From: a virus
Taxonomy: Duplodnaviria; Caudoviricetes
Reading direction: 5' to 3' (one strand)
IMG/VR virus record: IMGVR_UViG_3300036779_000059
Coordinates: 1 to 44,736 of that record
Length of the DNA: 44,736 nucleotides
Part shown: positions 20,301 through 29,830 of the stretch, piece after piece
Layout: each line of letters opens with the position of its first letter
Numbering within the stretch: position 1 is the stretch's first letter
The notes under the pieces: generated by a model
Told to the model about the DNA's origin: nothing
Seen by the model: only the letters and a program-made list of their open reading frames with translations
The model's database searches: none
Made by a program: the position numbers and the translations under genes

Positions 20301-23300
20301 AGTCGCTGGAGTTTCCCACAGCCCGCGCTTTCCAAGGCTGGCTGCAAAGCGGCGTAGCGCGCAAGCTGCGCGAGAACTTCAAGAACGCCCAGAACGAAAC
20401 CAGGGCCGTGACGGAGCAGATCCGTACGCTGGCGCAGGACACGCTGGTGGGCGCCCAAGGGCAGATGATGCCCAAGGGTGAGGTGACCACGGCGTTCACC
20501 AAGCTGCCTGAACAGAAAGACCGTCTTGCTGATACGAAACGAGCTATCAATGCGCTGGGCAAACGTATCGACGCGCTCGGGGCTACCTCCAAAACCGCGC
20601 TGAATCATCTGGACACGTTGTATCGGAATGCATTGAAAAAATCACGTGAATACGCGCTAAGTTTTGGTATAGAAGGGCAGACAAAAGAGCAGCGAGATGC
20701 AGAGGCGCGCACCATTTCTGAACTGCCTCCTGGTGAAATAGCGTATTCAGAACAGAAGATCGCTAAGCTGCATGATTTGACGCAAACGCAGGCTGAGAAC
20801 CTGACGCGGATGCTGGTCGACCATCACATGCTGCTGACACAGTTGGACACGGTTTCAGCGGATCTGGCGAAGACCCGTACCGTCACTGAAGCGTATCGGC
20901 CGGAGGCCGAGCGCATCGAGGCGATGAAGAAAGTGCTGCTGCAGCGGATGGACGACATCCAGGCAGCACGAGAGAACGTGCAGGAAGAATTACCAGGGGT
21001 TCAGATCACGAAGGGATTGAAGCCGCTGGAGACGGCGGTGAAAGAAGGAACGCAGGAGCGCATGGCGCGGTGGGGGAAACCAGCGCAGCCAGTGAAGGCA
21101 ACTGAGGAAGGCCCCTTCACAGCTCGACAACGCGAGCTGATGGAGAAGACTGGAGCGCCGGGAGAGAAAGTAACGGTGCCGCAAACCCAGGCGGAGAAGG
21201 CTGCGACCGCCAAGATGTTGGTGCAGGGCGACGTTAAACGACGTAACCCGTTCGCCAAAGGACCCGCCGAGCGGGCTGCCGAGAAACGTCAGTTCGGTGA
21301 TGTTAAAACTGGACTTAAAGGGATGTACGGTGAAGCTACTTCACCCGGTGAAGTTACCGTCACCAAGGGCCAAAAATGGATCGCGGCAGAACGTCGCGCT
21401 ACACCTCGTGAGCCAACCGAGAAAACAGAACGCCGCGCCACACCACGCACTTGGACCAAGGAATCGGCGACACGTCTGCTCCCAGTGGTAGATCAAAAAA
21501 TCAAGGAAGCAGAGCAAGGGCTAAACGCGGCAAATGCTAAAGAAGAAGCGCATAGAGAAGCACTGAGAACCCATAAGACGATGGCGCCGTTGGAGGTTGA
21601 CAGTACAGGATGGGAAGATCAGTTAGCACGGCTGCGTACGTGGCGTACAGAGCTGACGGACAAACTGCAGACGATGCCAGAGGATTTGAAATCGCAGGTG
21701 AAAGCTGCTGTCGACGCCGGAGCGAAACGCAACAAGAAGCGGGGTCTGACGCGCCAGAGTGATGCGACGCCACCTGCACCTGTGTCCTACGACGACGCTG
21801 CCAGCTTTGTGAAGCGGGCGCAGGCATCGTTGGGCGACAGCGCCACCATCTACCACGGTGCCGATGGGAAAGCTGCACCACCCGAGCTGGCCAATGAGAT
21901 GGCCGAGGAAGGCGTCAATCCGCAGGATGTGAAAGGCTGGATCAGCGCGGATGGCAAGCGAGTATGGCTGAACAACTCACAGCACGCAACCATCCTCGAT
22001 GTGGAGCGCACGCTTGCACATGAGCTGATTGGCCATCGTAAGGCGATCCCCCTCATTGAATCTGTATGGAAGGACCACGGAGGCTTCCACGGTTTTGCCC
22101 TCGCGCTGGACCATGGCGGCGATGGTGGTGGCGGACTGAACGCACTGCTTAAAGATCTTGGAATCTATGAGGATGCGAAAGGACAGCCCATCTATCGGGA
22201 CGCCGATGTCGACACAAAAGCCAAAGAGGCTATCGCAGCAATGGAAGAGCGCAGGCCCGGACAAGGCATAACGGACAGAATAGCCGGTGCTTGGAAGGAG
22301 ATCGTCGGCGCTGTTCGGCAATGGCTGCGTGATCATGGCTGGCTTTCTTTCGACAAGGCCAATGATTATGACATATACAATCTTTTACGCCAAGCACGTA
22401 ATGCGGACCACCTGCGCGAAGCGCCGGTAGGAGAGTACGGGCTGGCGAGCCGGGCACGGCAGTACGAAGGCCCGCGCATGGCCAACACGCGGGTAGCGCG
22501 TATCGCGTTTGGGGATACGAAATCCCAGTTGCAGAATTTCAAGGACAAACTGGGCAGCATGTTCGGTCTTGCGGGTCGAATCAAAAGCATCGATCAGTTC
22601 GCTGGTTGGCGTGCAGCAACAGCGCCGTTGGCTAAGGAAGGCACAACAGCACAGGCGCGTGACCTACCGATCCAGCTGTATCACGACCAGACCATGGCAG
22701 CGCGTAACGGCATGCTGGCGGGCGTTGCGCTTACACACGGCGTGCTCAGCGTTCAGCGCAAGAATGTGAACGGCGTGATGCAGCGACACTACGAAGCTAA
22801 AGGAGTGACCGCGCGAGCTTGGGAAGACACGCTGAAAGCGGCGAACCGTGATCCGCAAGCTTTCAATCTGTACATGATCGGCAAGCGCGCTGATCGGCTT
22901 GGCTGGGATACGCTGCCGGAGGGACTGCGCGATTCGCAAACGGAAGGCGATTGGAAGAAGCTGATGGCTGATGGAGACGCTGATCAGGCGTTTCAGAAAG
23001 CACGAGGACAGCTCGGGGAGTACAACAAGAATCTGCTGAAACTTTTGCTGGATACGGGCTATATCAGTCCACAGATGCTCGGGCACAAGCCGGGCTTGGA
23101 ATGGCAGCTCCATCCAGAAGACTACGTGCCGTTCTATCGAAAGGACCCCAACGGCGACTACACGATCCATTACGGTGCGTTGCAAGGGCCGATCAGGATC
23201 GGCAACATGAACGATCTGCCTGATCTGAAACAGCTTCTGGGTGGCAAGCAGCATCTTACGGATTTGATGACCGGCACGCTGATGAACACGACGATGATGT

Positions 23301-25135
23301 ATCGCCTTGGGCTTGGCAACCAAGCGATGCGTACAGCGGTCGAAGCGCTGGAAGCGATGGGCATCGGCCAGGAGGTGAAGGAAGGCGTCAAAGGTACCGA
23401 CATTCTGCACTACCGCACCTGGGACCCAGATACCGGCGCGCAGCTCAACAAGTCGTACAAGATCGGCAATCCCGGCGCCGCTTACGACGTAGGCGACATC
23501 CCTGGCGAGATTCTGGTGAAGTCACTGGAAGGACTGCCAACGACGCTGCCGTGGGCTGTACGAGCGCTGCAGACACCTGCGAACTGGATGCGCCATATGA
23601 CGCTGGGCAGCCCGTTCTACATGATGCGCCAGCTGTTCAAGGAGCCTGCGGCGGCGTTTCTTGGTGCTGGCGCCGATCCCAGCATCATGCTGAAGGTGTG
23701 GCCGAGCTTCGCAAAAACCGTTGCGCATCTGTGGGGGCTTAGCAAGGAGACGAACCCGCTGAGCGAGCGCGCCACCCGTTTCGGGCTTGCCAGCGCGCAA
23801 ACACTGATGGGCGACAAAGCCACCATCGCGCGCAAGCTCATGGAGCGCGATCCGAACATTTTCAAACGCGCCTGGGCGTACATGGAGGAAGCCGGTGTCG
23901 CTGCTGACGCCGCCGTGCGTAGCATCTACCTCGATCAGATGCTGCAGAAAGGTTTCAGCGAGCGCGACGCTATTCTGGCCACCGCCAAGAACACGGTGGA
24001 CTTCTTCCAACGCGGTATGAGCCCAGGACTGGCTGCGCTACGGCAGATGGTGCCATTCTTCGGTTCTCAGCTTGCGTCGCTGGACACCATGTACAAAGCG
24101 TATCGAGGACAGCTTCCGTTCAGTGAGCAGCTGCAGCTTCGGCAAAAAATAATCCAGCGCGGTTTGTTGCTGGCAGCAGGCACCATTGCGTACACGCTGC
24201 TGAGCAAGGATGAGGAGCACTACAAGAACGCTCCGGACGATGAGAAATACGGCAACTGGCTGATGCCGCTATCTAGCGTGAGGAAAGAGGACGGCACGCC
24301 CGTCATTTTGCGGCTTCCGATCCCGTACGAATACGGCTATCTGTTCAAGATTTTACCCGAGATGATGTTTAACTACGCGGGTGGTGACGCCAACAACGCG
24401 GAGATGGTGAACACGCTGAAGCAAACGATAATGAGTAGTTTGCCCGGCATCGTGCCACAAGGTATCAAGCCATTCCTTGAGGCAGGCACTAACTACAACT
24501 TCTTTACAGGACGTCCTATTGTCTCGGAAGAGCAGCAGAAACTGCCGCAAGGGCAGCGCTATACGACGTCTACTTCACATGCGGCGCGGGCGCTGGGTTT
24601 TGAGCTGGCTAACATACAAGGCACTCATTACGGTGTGTCACCATTGTGGATCGACCACTTCGTGAGCAGTTTCGCAGGACCGTTAGGGGTGTTTGCTGCG
24701 TACATGGCAGGGCCGGTGCTGGGAGAAGCGCGGGGCATGACGTTCGAGGAGCGCCCAACACGCAATCTGTGGGAGGAGCCGCTTGCGGGCAGCTCATTCC
24801 AGCCTCAGTTTAGTTCGCGTTATCTGGACAGGTTCGAGGGAGAGCTGGCGAAAGCCACATCGTACAAAGCTGCATACGACAAAATGATTGCGGAGCGCCG
24901 TTTTGACGACGCTCAAAGATTCATGCAAAACCCCGAGATGACGCAAGAGTATGGGCTGGCCCATGTGGGCGCAGGGATGCAAGCGCAACTGGCAAGCATT
25001 CGTAAAATGCGAAACAGCATCTATTTCGATCCAGGTATAGCTCCTGACGAAAAGCAGCGTCAGATCAATCAGTTGAAGGAGACGGAGATTCAGATGTCGA
25101 AATCATTTGGACCGGCCTTCCCCGCATTGCGATAG
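17378..25135 (+). CDS. Giant ejection / polyvalent protein: N-terminal SLT lytic transglycosylase, central HExxGH metallopeptidase-like motif, C-terminal LPD38-like domain
   Basis: ESGGNPAAVSPAGAQGLMQLMP...YNGG...ETQNYV (SLT); AHELIGH; LPIPYEYGYLFK...NYNFFTGRPIV...SPLWIDHFV (LPD38-like). Confidence 0.8.
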   Translation: MPNWLDDPQNAARFQQRAQDYGLPPDFATRILQTESGGNPAAVSPAGAQGLMQLMPATARAYGVQDATNPDQNFEGGLHALSDWYRRSGGNEAAAAAGYNGGTAAFKAAQAGHYDQMPKETQNYVQRTAYELPQAQQAPQRASQQEQGAGAYFQMPSGKYYQYSPQQMGPAEAEYVAMLQYPKEFQPPQPPPELSTFGALKKGVVGLAESTMTGVESIWSPEKAAQDTLDNAKELDEKYGVDASWGEIGNIYRQKGLMAATAFGVQKGILHPIAENTPMLAAAMAGAAAGSAIPGLGTAIGGAIGAGLVLAPSMLSGNIAAQAAKQQQENPDQPLNIAMGPALAATVAQSVVNVGALRFMGAKFLAPFLKLGEQEGAQVAEAALLKEANAAVNKTTLAAMGQGAAIMPADMVMQTVLNRWQAGQELLSPDAMSEYGQTAAGALAVGAVFGGLMHFGTQEHAQAYLDAYDERQKQQAWEHQQQQQQQELAKLGPVTPEEEMQQRAAIAARQATDVPGRDIAQARQELQQAQMYPRGPQSPWSPEISAQMAPERARKPWLSTPELDNAQTPAVTTDMARNALTYPGYMDTLSAKQQQAVQAVHRMWDAQAVEAQQKAVAAEYAERTALLRQQQIGPEATPEPGTEALLGRDEALDQAHQQLHAQRVESLQPAEGLTDFQRRGIINVAKERQEDLYSQISGLADKMAELRQLSTAENATPEDGENYMNARLQADQLKQDYLHMMEREAVERRAHMGLDPLSPDDANFYRERASKLLDGVIEAGGPPPSAPRVRTAIESEDLPRQLNTIRQDAIAPTDEERAKWEQVQAHEDEAAKPQMPAPAQGTLFEEPQGPVQRDARLQAQREMESLLQAPEPQKQVPVKVKGLQELKGAVQQAKAQQPKVPFTARSVMRDTADFLAQERGSPELISAAHALATDVREGRGYTPEAVGALRSQLATERRAQGTAGYQPELRGFGKKSLEFPTARAFQGWLQSGVARKLRENFKNAQNETRAVTEQIRTLAQDTLVGAQGQMMPKGEVTTAFTKLPEQKDRLADTKRAINALGKRIDALGATSKTALNHLDTLYRNALKKSREYALSFGIEGQTKEQRDAEARTISELPPGEIAYSEQKIAKLHDLTQTQAENLTRMLVDHHMLLTQLDTVSADLAKTRTVTEAYRPEAERIEAMKKVLLQRMDDIQAARENVQEELPGVQITKGLKPLETAVKEGTQERMARWGKPAQPVKATEEGPFTARQRELMEKTGAPGEKVTVPQTQAEKAATAKMLVQGDVKRRNPFAKGPAERAAEKRQFGDVKTGLKGMYGEATSPGEVTVTKGQKWIAAERRATPREPTEKTERRATPRTWTKESATRLLPVVDQKIKEAEQGLNAANAKEEAHREALRTHKTMAPLEVDSTGWEDQLARLRTWRTELTDKLQTMPEDLKSQVKAAVDAGAKRNKKRGLTRQSDATPPAPVSYDDAASFVKRAQASLGDSATIYHGADGKAAPPELANEMAEEGVNPQDVKGWISADGKRVWLNNSQHATILDVERTLAHELIGHRKAIPLIESVWKDHGGFHGFALALDHGGDGGGGLNALLKDLGIYEDAKGQPIYRDADVDTKAKEAIAAMEERRPGQGITDRIAGAWKEIVGAVRQWLRDHGWLSFDKANDYDIYNLLRQARNADHLREAPVGEYGLASRARQYEGPRMANTRVARIAFGDTKSQLQNFKDKLGSMFGLAGRIKSIDQFAGWRAATAPLAKEGTTAQARDLPIQLYHDQTMAARNGMLAGVALTHGVLSVQRKNVNGVMQRHYEAKGVTARAWEDTLKAANRDPQAFNLYMIGKRADRLGWDTLPEGLRDSQTEGDWKKLMADGDADQAFQKARGQLGEYNKNLLKLLLDTGYISPQMLGHKPGLEWQLHPEDYVPFYRKDPNGDYTIHYGALQGPIRIGNMNDLPDLKQLLGGKQHLTDLMTGTLMNTTMMYRLGLGNQAMRTAVEALEAMGIGQEVKEGVKGTDILHYRTWDPDTGAQLNKSYKIGNPGAAYDVGDIPGEILVKSLEGLPTTLPWAVRALQTPANWMRHMTLGSPFYMMRQLFKEPAAAFLGAGADPSIMLKVWPSFAKTVAHLWGLSKETNPLSERATRFGLASAQTLMGDKATIARKLMERDPNIFKRAWAYMEEAGVAADAAVRSIYLDQMLQKGFSERDAILATAKNTVDFFQRGMSPGLAALRQMVPFFGSQLASLDTMYKAYRGQLPFSEQLQLRQKIIQRGLLLAAGTIAYTLLSKDEEHYKNAPDDEKYGNWLMPLSSVRKEDGTPVILRLPIPYEYGYLFKILPEMMFNYAGGDANNAEMVNTLKQTIMSSLPGIVPQGIKPFLEAGTNYNFFTGRPIVSEEQQKLPQGQRYTTSTSHAARALGFELANIQGTHYGVSPLWIDHFVSSFAGPLGVFAAYMAGPVLGEARGMTFEERPTRNLWEEPLAGSSFQPQFSSRYLDRFEGELAKATSYKAAYDKMIAERRFDDAQRFMQNPEMTQEYGLAHVGAGMQAQLASIRKMRNSIYFDPGIAPDEKQRQINQLKETEIQMSKSFGPAFPALR

Positions 25136-25313
25136 GCACCACCATAACGCCGAGCACGTCATCTTTGATCACGTGTTTGTAGCGCCATCTACCTGACAGT
25201 ACTTTTCGCAGTTCGAGTTCGGTTTTCTCCGGCACCAGGGACGGAATGAAATAGCCCCAACCATGGGGGATCTCACGAACGTCACGGCTGGCTTGGAGCC
25301 CCGAGCGGGTCAT
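25065..25313 (-). CDS. Small hypothetical protein downstream of primase
   Basis: GWGYFIPSL motif; ATG at 25313; overlaps the 3' end of the giant + gene. Confidence 0.45.
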   Translation of the reverse strand: MTRSGLQASRDVREIPHGWGYFIPSLVPEKTELELRKVLSGRWRYKHVIKDDVLGVMVVPIAMRGRPVQMISTSESPSPSTD

Positions 25314-28209
25314 CCGGATAAAGCTCACGGAAACGCTCCTCTGACATGCTGACGCTAACGACCTTGACAGGGGGTGAGAGCGGGATGCGGGTGTTGGCGA
25401 ACATCGATTTCATGGTTTCCCGTACTTGGAAACCGAGAACGCTTAAATGTCTTTGGAACTCTGCGCTGCTGTAGTTTATTTTGCTGCAGAAGCCAGCCAG
25501 TTCTTTACGATCGATGAATACGTCGGTAGTGCCTTTCTGGAAACCTACTTCGATGCGTGCTTTGATGTCACCTCGTGCGAGGCTTTGATCTGTGACGTCG
25601 TTCAGTCCTAGATTGATGCGTGTTGTGTCGTTCTCTTTCTTCAGTACTAGCAGTTTGCCATAGTTCTGCTGGATGAAGCTGCTAAGGTAAGCTTTCGCGT
25701 CCATGTCGTTTTTCTTGATGGTACGTCTGGACGTCTTAACCAACTTGATTACGAACCTCGCAATCTCCGTCATGGGCAGGTTAACGACGCCTGCGTGCAA
25801 TGAGTCGGCCAAAATACCGCCTGTCATCATGGCGGACAGCCCAGCGAGCCAGAAGCGTTCGTCGCTTTTGAAATCCGCTTCTTTCTGTAGCTTTGCCTTG
25901 ACAGCCTTAAAAATATCCTTAGCGACGCGTGTGTTCCTGACCAGCCAGCGTATGTACTGCGCGCCAGCGGTTCCGTAGTTCATGTTCAGCTGAGCCCAGA
26001 CAGCAGCTTCTGAGTTGTCCAGTTCCAGTTTTTCGTGCATGCCGATTTCCAGCAAGCGCATGAACTCGCCCTCTGTCTTATAGGCGCGGGCTGTTAGTGC
26101 GTCGATGATGCTGGTGTTGGACGACATCAGCGCAAGCGTCTCCCAGGTGGTGATGTTCTTGCGTTCGGTAATGGTGCTGCCTTCGAGTCGTTCCTTGCCT
26201 TTGCCTTGCGTGATGTCCATCAGCAAACGATTGATCCAGTTCTGGTCATTTCCCCGGATGTCGCGCATGCGGCTGGTTACCTCGTCCATCACCCATGGCA
26301 GGCTATGCAGCATGCCCATGCGGTACTGCGCGGCGACGTCCGATGTGCCGACAGACACACCGTAGTGCTGTGGATGGCCGTAGACGCTGCTGGCCAGCTC
26401 CAAACTGACTGATTTGCCGGTACCTGAGTCGTGTGACTGCAGGTGCAGCACGAGCCCGTTAAGGCCGTTTCCGACGATGCTCATGAGCGGCGCGCCGAAA
26501 GAGACAAGAAGCCCGAGCAGGATGTCCGGACGGTTCTTTCCAACGATCATCTGGATCACGTTTTGCCAAGCGCTGAGGTTACCTTTGGGGCTTGTGATGT
26601 TGTGCAGGTTCAATAGCTTTGGATCGGTTGGAACGTTCAAGATGCTACCGTCAGGACCGTACTTGCGGTTGTTCAAAACGAAACTGCCGTCTTTTTGCCA
26701 GCCATAGGTGTCCGGTACATTCTGCAACGGCCGTGTGTAGGTGAAATCGCGCGCTGCGCTACGTACATAAGCGTACAGCGCGTTTTCAGCGTCGCCAGGG
26801 CCTGCGGGAAGAACACCGTTGTACGCGAGCGCTTTCAGCGTTTCCGCTTTGCTCATCAGCGTACTGGTAGGGATCAGGAATTCCTTGCGCCCCCCTGGCA
26901 TGTCCGCGAACATAAGCGCAGAGCCTCCGCTGTCATCTTGATCCCGTATTGTTGCGACAGCAAGAGTAAAAGGGATGATTGGGACCACTCTCGATGAGGA
27001 CTGTCCACCCACGAGTTCGGTAACAGTACGAAACACTCCACCTTCAGAGCCAACACTGAAACCGTGGGGGAGGGAACCAACCTCGTGTGCCAAGTCAGGT
27101 TCGATGGAAATATTCTCACTGGTGACCGACTCTCTTCTTTCTGGGACATACGCGCTACCGTTCAGAACTGTACCGTACATCAACGGAGTGTTGGTTTGCC
27201 CTTTACGAATACAGCCTGTGCAGTGTCCAGGATTTAATCGCTCGATCGTGGTACACGTGTACGGTCCTTTGATCTCTTCCCATTTACGTAGTCGACGCTC
27301 TTCCGAGTATGGGTGCAGCGCTGAAATCTGTTTGGCATACTCCTCGCCGTCATAGCAGCTTTTAGCCAGCGACAGCATGCTGCGCCACAACGGCTCGACG
27401 CCATCGTCTTGCGCGTGTTCCAGAAAGTATTTCAGCTGCATGCACCCAGCGTCTTTCACGGATGCTTTGAGGATTTTCAGAAAGCTGGTCTTGGTGTTCT
27501 CGACCAGCATCTGTGCGCTGGGGCGCAGCTTAGTGGGAGGCGCGCCCTGCAAGGTCAGTGCTGTGCCGGGAAGCAGAGCTGCACTGGGGGTTTGTGGCCC
27601 CGTACCTAGCAGGGCGCAGAAAGCTTCGAAGTCGACAGGAGGCGGCGTTACAGCACCGAGTATGCGTACGCCTTTTGGATCTTGCGGGTTTTTGTAGTTG
27701 TGGGTTCCTGGTACACGTAGAACCCGAGCTGCGTCTTCTATGATGCTGTAGTCGACGCTGAATCTGTGTTTGATACAGAGTGCTTTGAGTCGAGCAGCTG
27801 CTTCAAGCCAGCGAACGGTTGGTACGTCGCTTGTGAAGGGCCAGTAAACATGAATTCCATAGCCCGAAGAAACCACCAATGGTAGCGGTAGTCCTGTTTC
27901 GGTAACGAACGTGGCAAGGGCCACAGTAGCGTCAGAACGTCCGGAATACTCCTTCCCTCGTCCGACGTCAACATCGAGAAAGCAGGATCTGAGTAATCGG
28001 GCATTAGCTGCAGTTCGATTTTCATCTGGTCCAAAACTTGCGAGCGCGTAGTAGGCATTGACACCAATGGCATCGGATTGTGCAGAGGCGGTTAGCAGCG
28101 AATCAAGTCTGTAGTGGAAAGTTTGACGCGGGCCTTTTTTACCGATCCCCACCGCAACGTATTGTCCTTGCGATGGAAGAACCACCTGAAGAAACTCCAG
28201 GGGAGTCAT
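25282..28209 (-). CDS. Primase-helicase (AEP/RepB-type primase, Cys cluster, DUF927-associated P-loop ATPase)
   Basis: FLDVD, SSGYGIHVYW, RVLRVPGTHN primase motifs; CTTI...CTGC; YGWQ; SGTGKS Walker A; WVMDE Walker B. Confidence 0.85.
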   Translation of the reverse strand: MTPLEFLQVVLPSQGQYVAVGIGKKGPRQTFHYRLDSLLTASAQSDAIGVNAYYALASFGPDENRTAANARLLRSCFLDVDVGRGKEYSGRSDATVALATFVTETGLPLPLVVSSGYGIHVYWPFTSDVPTVRWLEAAARLKALCIKHRFSVDYSIIEDAARVLRVPGTHNYKNPQDPKGVRILGAVTPPPVDFEAFCALLGTGPQTPSAALLPGTALTLQGAPPTKLRPSAQMLVENTKTSFLKILKASVKDAGCMQLKYFLEHAQDDGVEPLWRSMLSLAKSCYDGEEYAKQISALHPYSEERRLRKWEEIKGPYTCTTIERLNPGHCTGCIRKGQTNTPLMYGTVLNGSAYVPERRESVTSENISIEPDLAHEVGSLPHGFSVGSEGGVFRTVTELVGGQSSSRVVPIIPFTLAVATIRDQDDSGGSALMFADMPGGRKEFLIPTSTLMSKAETLKALAYNGVLPAGPGDAENALYAYVRSAARDFTYTRPLQNVPDTYGWQKDGSFVLNNRKYGPDGSILNVPTDPKLLNLHNITSPKGNLSAWQNVIQMIVGKNRPDILLGLLVSFGAPLMSIVGNGLNGLVLHLQSHDSGTGKSVSLELASSVYGHPQHYGVSVGTSDVAAQYRMGMLHSLPWVMDEVTSRMRDIRGNDQNWINRLLMDITQGKGKERLEGSTITERKNITTWETLALMSSNTSIIDALTARAYKTEGEFMRLLEIGMHEKLELDNSEAAVWAQLNMNYGTAGAQYIRWLVRNTRVAKDIFKAVKAKLQKEADFKSDERFWLAGLSAMMTGGILADSLHAGVVNLPMTEIARFVIKLVKTSRRTIKKNDMDAKAYLSSFIQQNYGKLLVLKKENDTTRINLGLNDVTDQSLARGDIKARIEVGFQKGTTDVFIDRKELAGFCSKINYSSAEFQRHLSVLGFQVRETMKSMFANTRIPLSPPVKVVSVSMSEERFRELYPDDPLGAPSQP

Positions 28210-28220
28210 GGCACCCTTGT

Positions 28221-28394
28221 TTAACGAGTGCGAGCTTCAAGCCGTTTTAACAGCTCCAGTTGGATGCCTGACCAGGGATCACCACGCAGCTCGTCCTCAA
28301 GCATCTGCGTGTATGCAATCCGTACCAGTTCAGCCGTTGTTAGTGAGGGTGCGTACACATAAGACTCTGGCTGAACTGGTACGAAATCGGGCAT
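28221..28394 (-). CDS. Small hypothetical protein
   Basis: ATG 28394, 1 nt after the upstream stop; ELLKRLE helix. Confidence 0.55.
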   Translation of the reverse strand: MPDFVPVQPESYVYAPSLTTAELVRIAYTQMLEDELRGDPWSGIQLELLKRLEARTR

Positions 28395-28395
28395 T

Positions 28396-28602
28396 TTATT
28401 TCCCTTCCATCCGTTCGATGAAACGCGACACCCGATCCTGGTAGGCGCGAGAGACTTTTGCGCCGCCGAGCCAGTTGTAAATCGTAACGCGCGAGCATCC
28501 CACCTTGCCTGCGACATCATCGATGGTGAACTCCTGTGCTTTCATGATCCGGCGCAGTTTAGGACCTACGCGCATCACGCGCCGTACACCGTTGGTGGCC
28601 AT
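28396..28602 (-). CDS. Cro/XRE-like HTH DNA-binding protein
   Basis: TIDDVAGKVGCSRVTIYNWLGG helix-turn-helix. Confidence 0.8.
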   Translation of the reverse strand: MATNGVRRVMRVGPKLRRIMKAQEFTIDDVAGKVGCSRVTIYNWLGGAKVSRAYQDRVSRFIERMEGK

Positions 28603-28603
28603 A

Positions 28604-29533
28604 TCAATCCTCGTCGTCGGTGCCAGCCCACGCCGACACCAGTTGTTCCAGAGCAGCTTTCGGTCCAACCGGAGGCGCCCCATTGGGCTTCTCGCGCTTT
28701 GTGGGCGCTGCCGCTACAGGTTCCTCTTCCGGCTTCTTGCTGGGCTCCTTGGCTGCTTTCGGCGCCCTGCCGGGCAGCACGGGCTTGTCGACCGGCGCCG
28801 CTTCGCCGCTTGCAGTGTCCACTTGGAACACCTGCATCACGACAGCTTGCTGCGCGTCGTCCGACTGCGCCTGCTCGCCCACGGTCTGGTATTCAGAGTC
28901 CGTAAGCCAGCGGGTGGCCGAGAAGAACAGTTTTGGAGTTGCAGAGTCCGTGTCGAACTTCAGACGAGTGACGACCATGTCTGGATTGATTTTTTGTGCC
29001 GCAAGGAAGCGAGCATACGCCTGCAGAGGCCGGTTTTCAGCCTCCCCCTTACCAAAGATCGACTGCGCCGGGAGCTGGAGCTGCATCACTTGCCCTGCGA
29101 TGTCGTTAGCGAGCACTACGGCCAGCCGCTGGCTGAACCGGCAAGCGCGAGAGTCGCCCTGGCCCGAACCTTTGACATTTTGGGGACAGTCTGCGCAGAC
29201 CGCAGCCTGTTTTTCCTTGACAGATTCGTCCGGGTTCAGGCCGTCTGCCGACCAGCAGTCCGGGGCCTTGTTCTCGCCTTCCACGTACGTTCCAGCGTAG
29301 TAGATTCGGCTGATTTTGGGCGCGGCGGCGCAGATCACCACGTCCAGGTGCCGATCGTCGATCTTGGAGATCTCCTTCCCGGCGTCGATCAGTCGAAACA
29401 CACCCCCCCGGATGCTGATCCGCTTGCTGAAACCACCGCCACCAGACAGGTTTTTGGCCAGCTCACCTAGCGTCGCGCTTTTGGCAAACGCCGGGAGTTG
29501 CGTTGGATTGAACGTTACAACTTGCGTGCCCAT
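28604..29533 (-). CDS. Putative single-stranded DNA-binding / annealing protein
   Basis: RISIRGGVF, CWSADG, CADCPQNVKGSG...ACR motifs; acidic C-terminal tail WAGTDDED. Confidence 0.65.
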   Translation of the reverse strand: MGTQVVTFNPTQLPAFAKSATLGELAKNLSGGGGFSKRISIRGGVFRLIDAGKEISKIDDRHLDVVICAAAPKISRIYYAGTYVEGENKAPDCWSADGLNPDESVKEKQAAVCADCPQNVKGSGQGDSRACRFSQRLAVVLANDIAGQVMQLQLPAQSIFGKGEAENRPLQAYARFLAAQKINPDMVVTRLKFDTDSATPKLFFSATRWLTDSEYQTVGEQAQSDDAQQAVVMQVFQVDTASGEAAPVDKPVLPGRAPKAAKEPSKKPEEEPVAAAPTKREKPNGAPPVGPKAALEQLVSAWAGTDDED

Positions 29534-29830
29534 TTACAGAGCCTCCATTGGTTTTCCAGTGTTGCACACCGCCTGCAGCTCACGCACCATGCGCCGGATC
29601 ATAGCTTCGTGGCACGTTACAGGCGTCTCTTCGAACGTTGTCAATAGCAAATTCTGGTGTTCTTGATCCCAGAAATACGGTTCAAATTTGAACGTCAACG
29701 TGAGCGTATTCTGATCCCACGCTTGCGTCACCATTGCTGCTTTGCCGGGATGCTTGGCGTAGCTGTTGATGTAGCTGATGTGCTCCATCGGTTTTTCTTC
29801 CAGCGCTTTCTCCTCGATCAGGTTACCCAT
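29534..29830 (-). CDS. Hypothetical protein
   Basis: TGATG coupling at 29830. Confidence 0.55.
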   Translation of the reverse strand: MGNLIEEKALEEKPMEHISYINSYAKHPGKAAMVTQAWDQNTLTLTFKFEPYFWDQEHQNLLLTTFEETPVTCHEAMIRRMVRELQAVCNTGKPMEAL

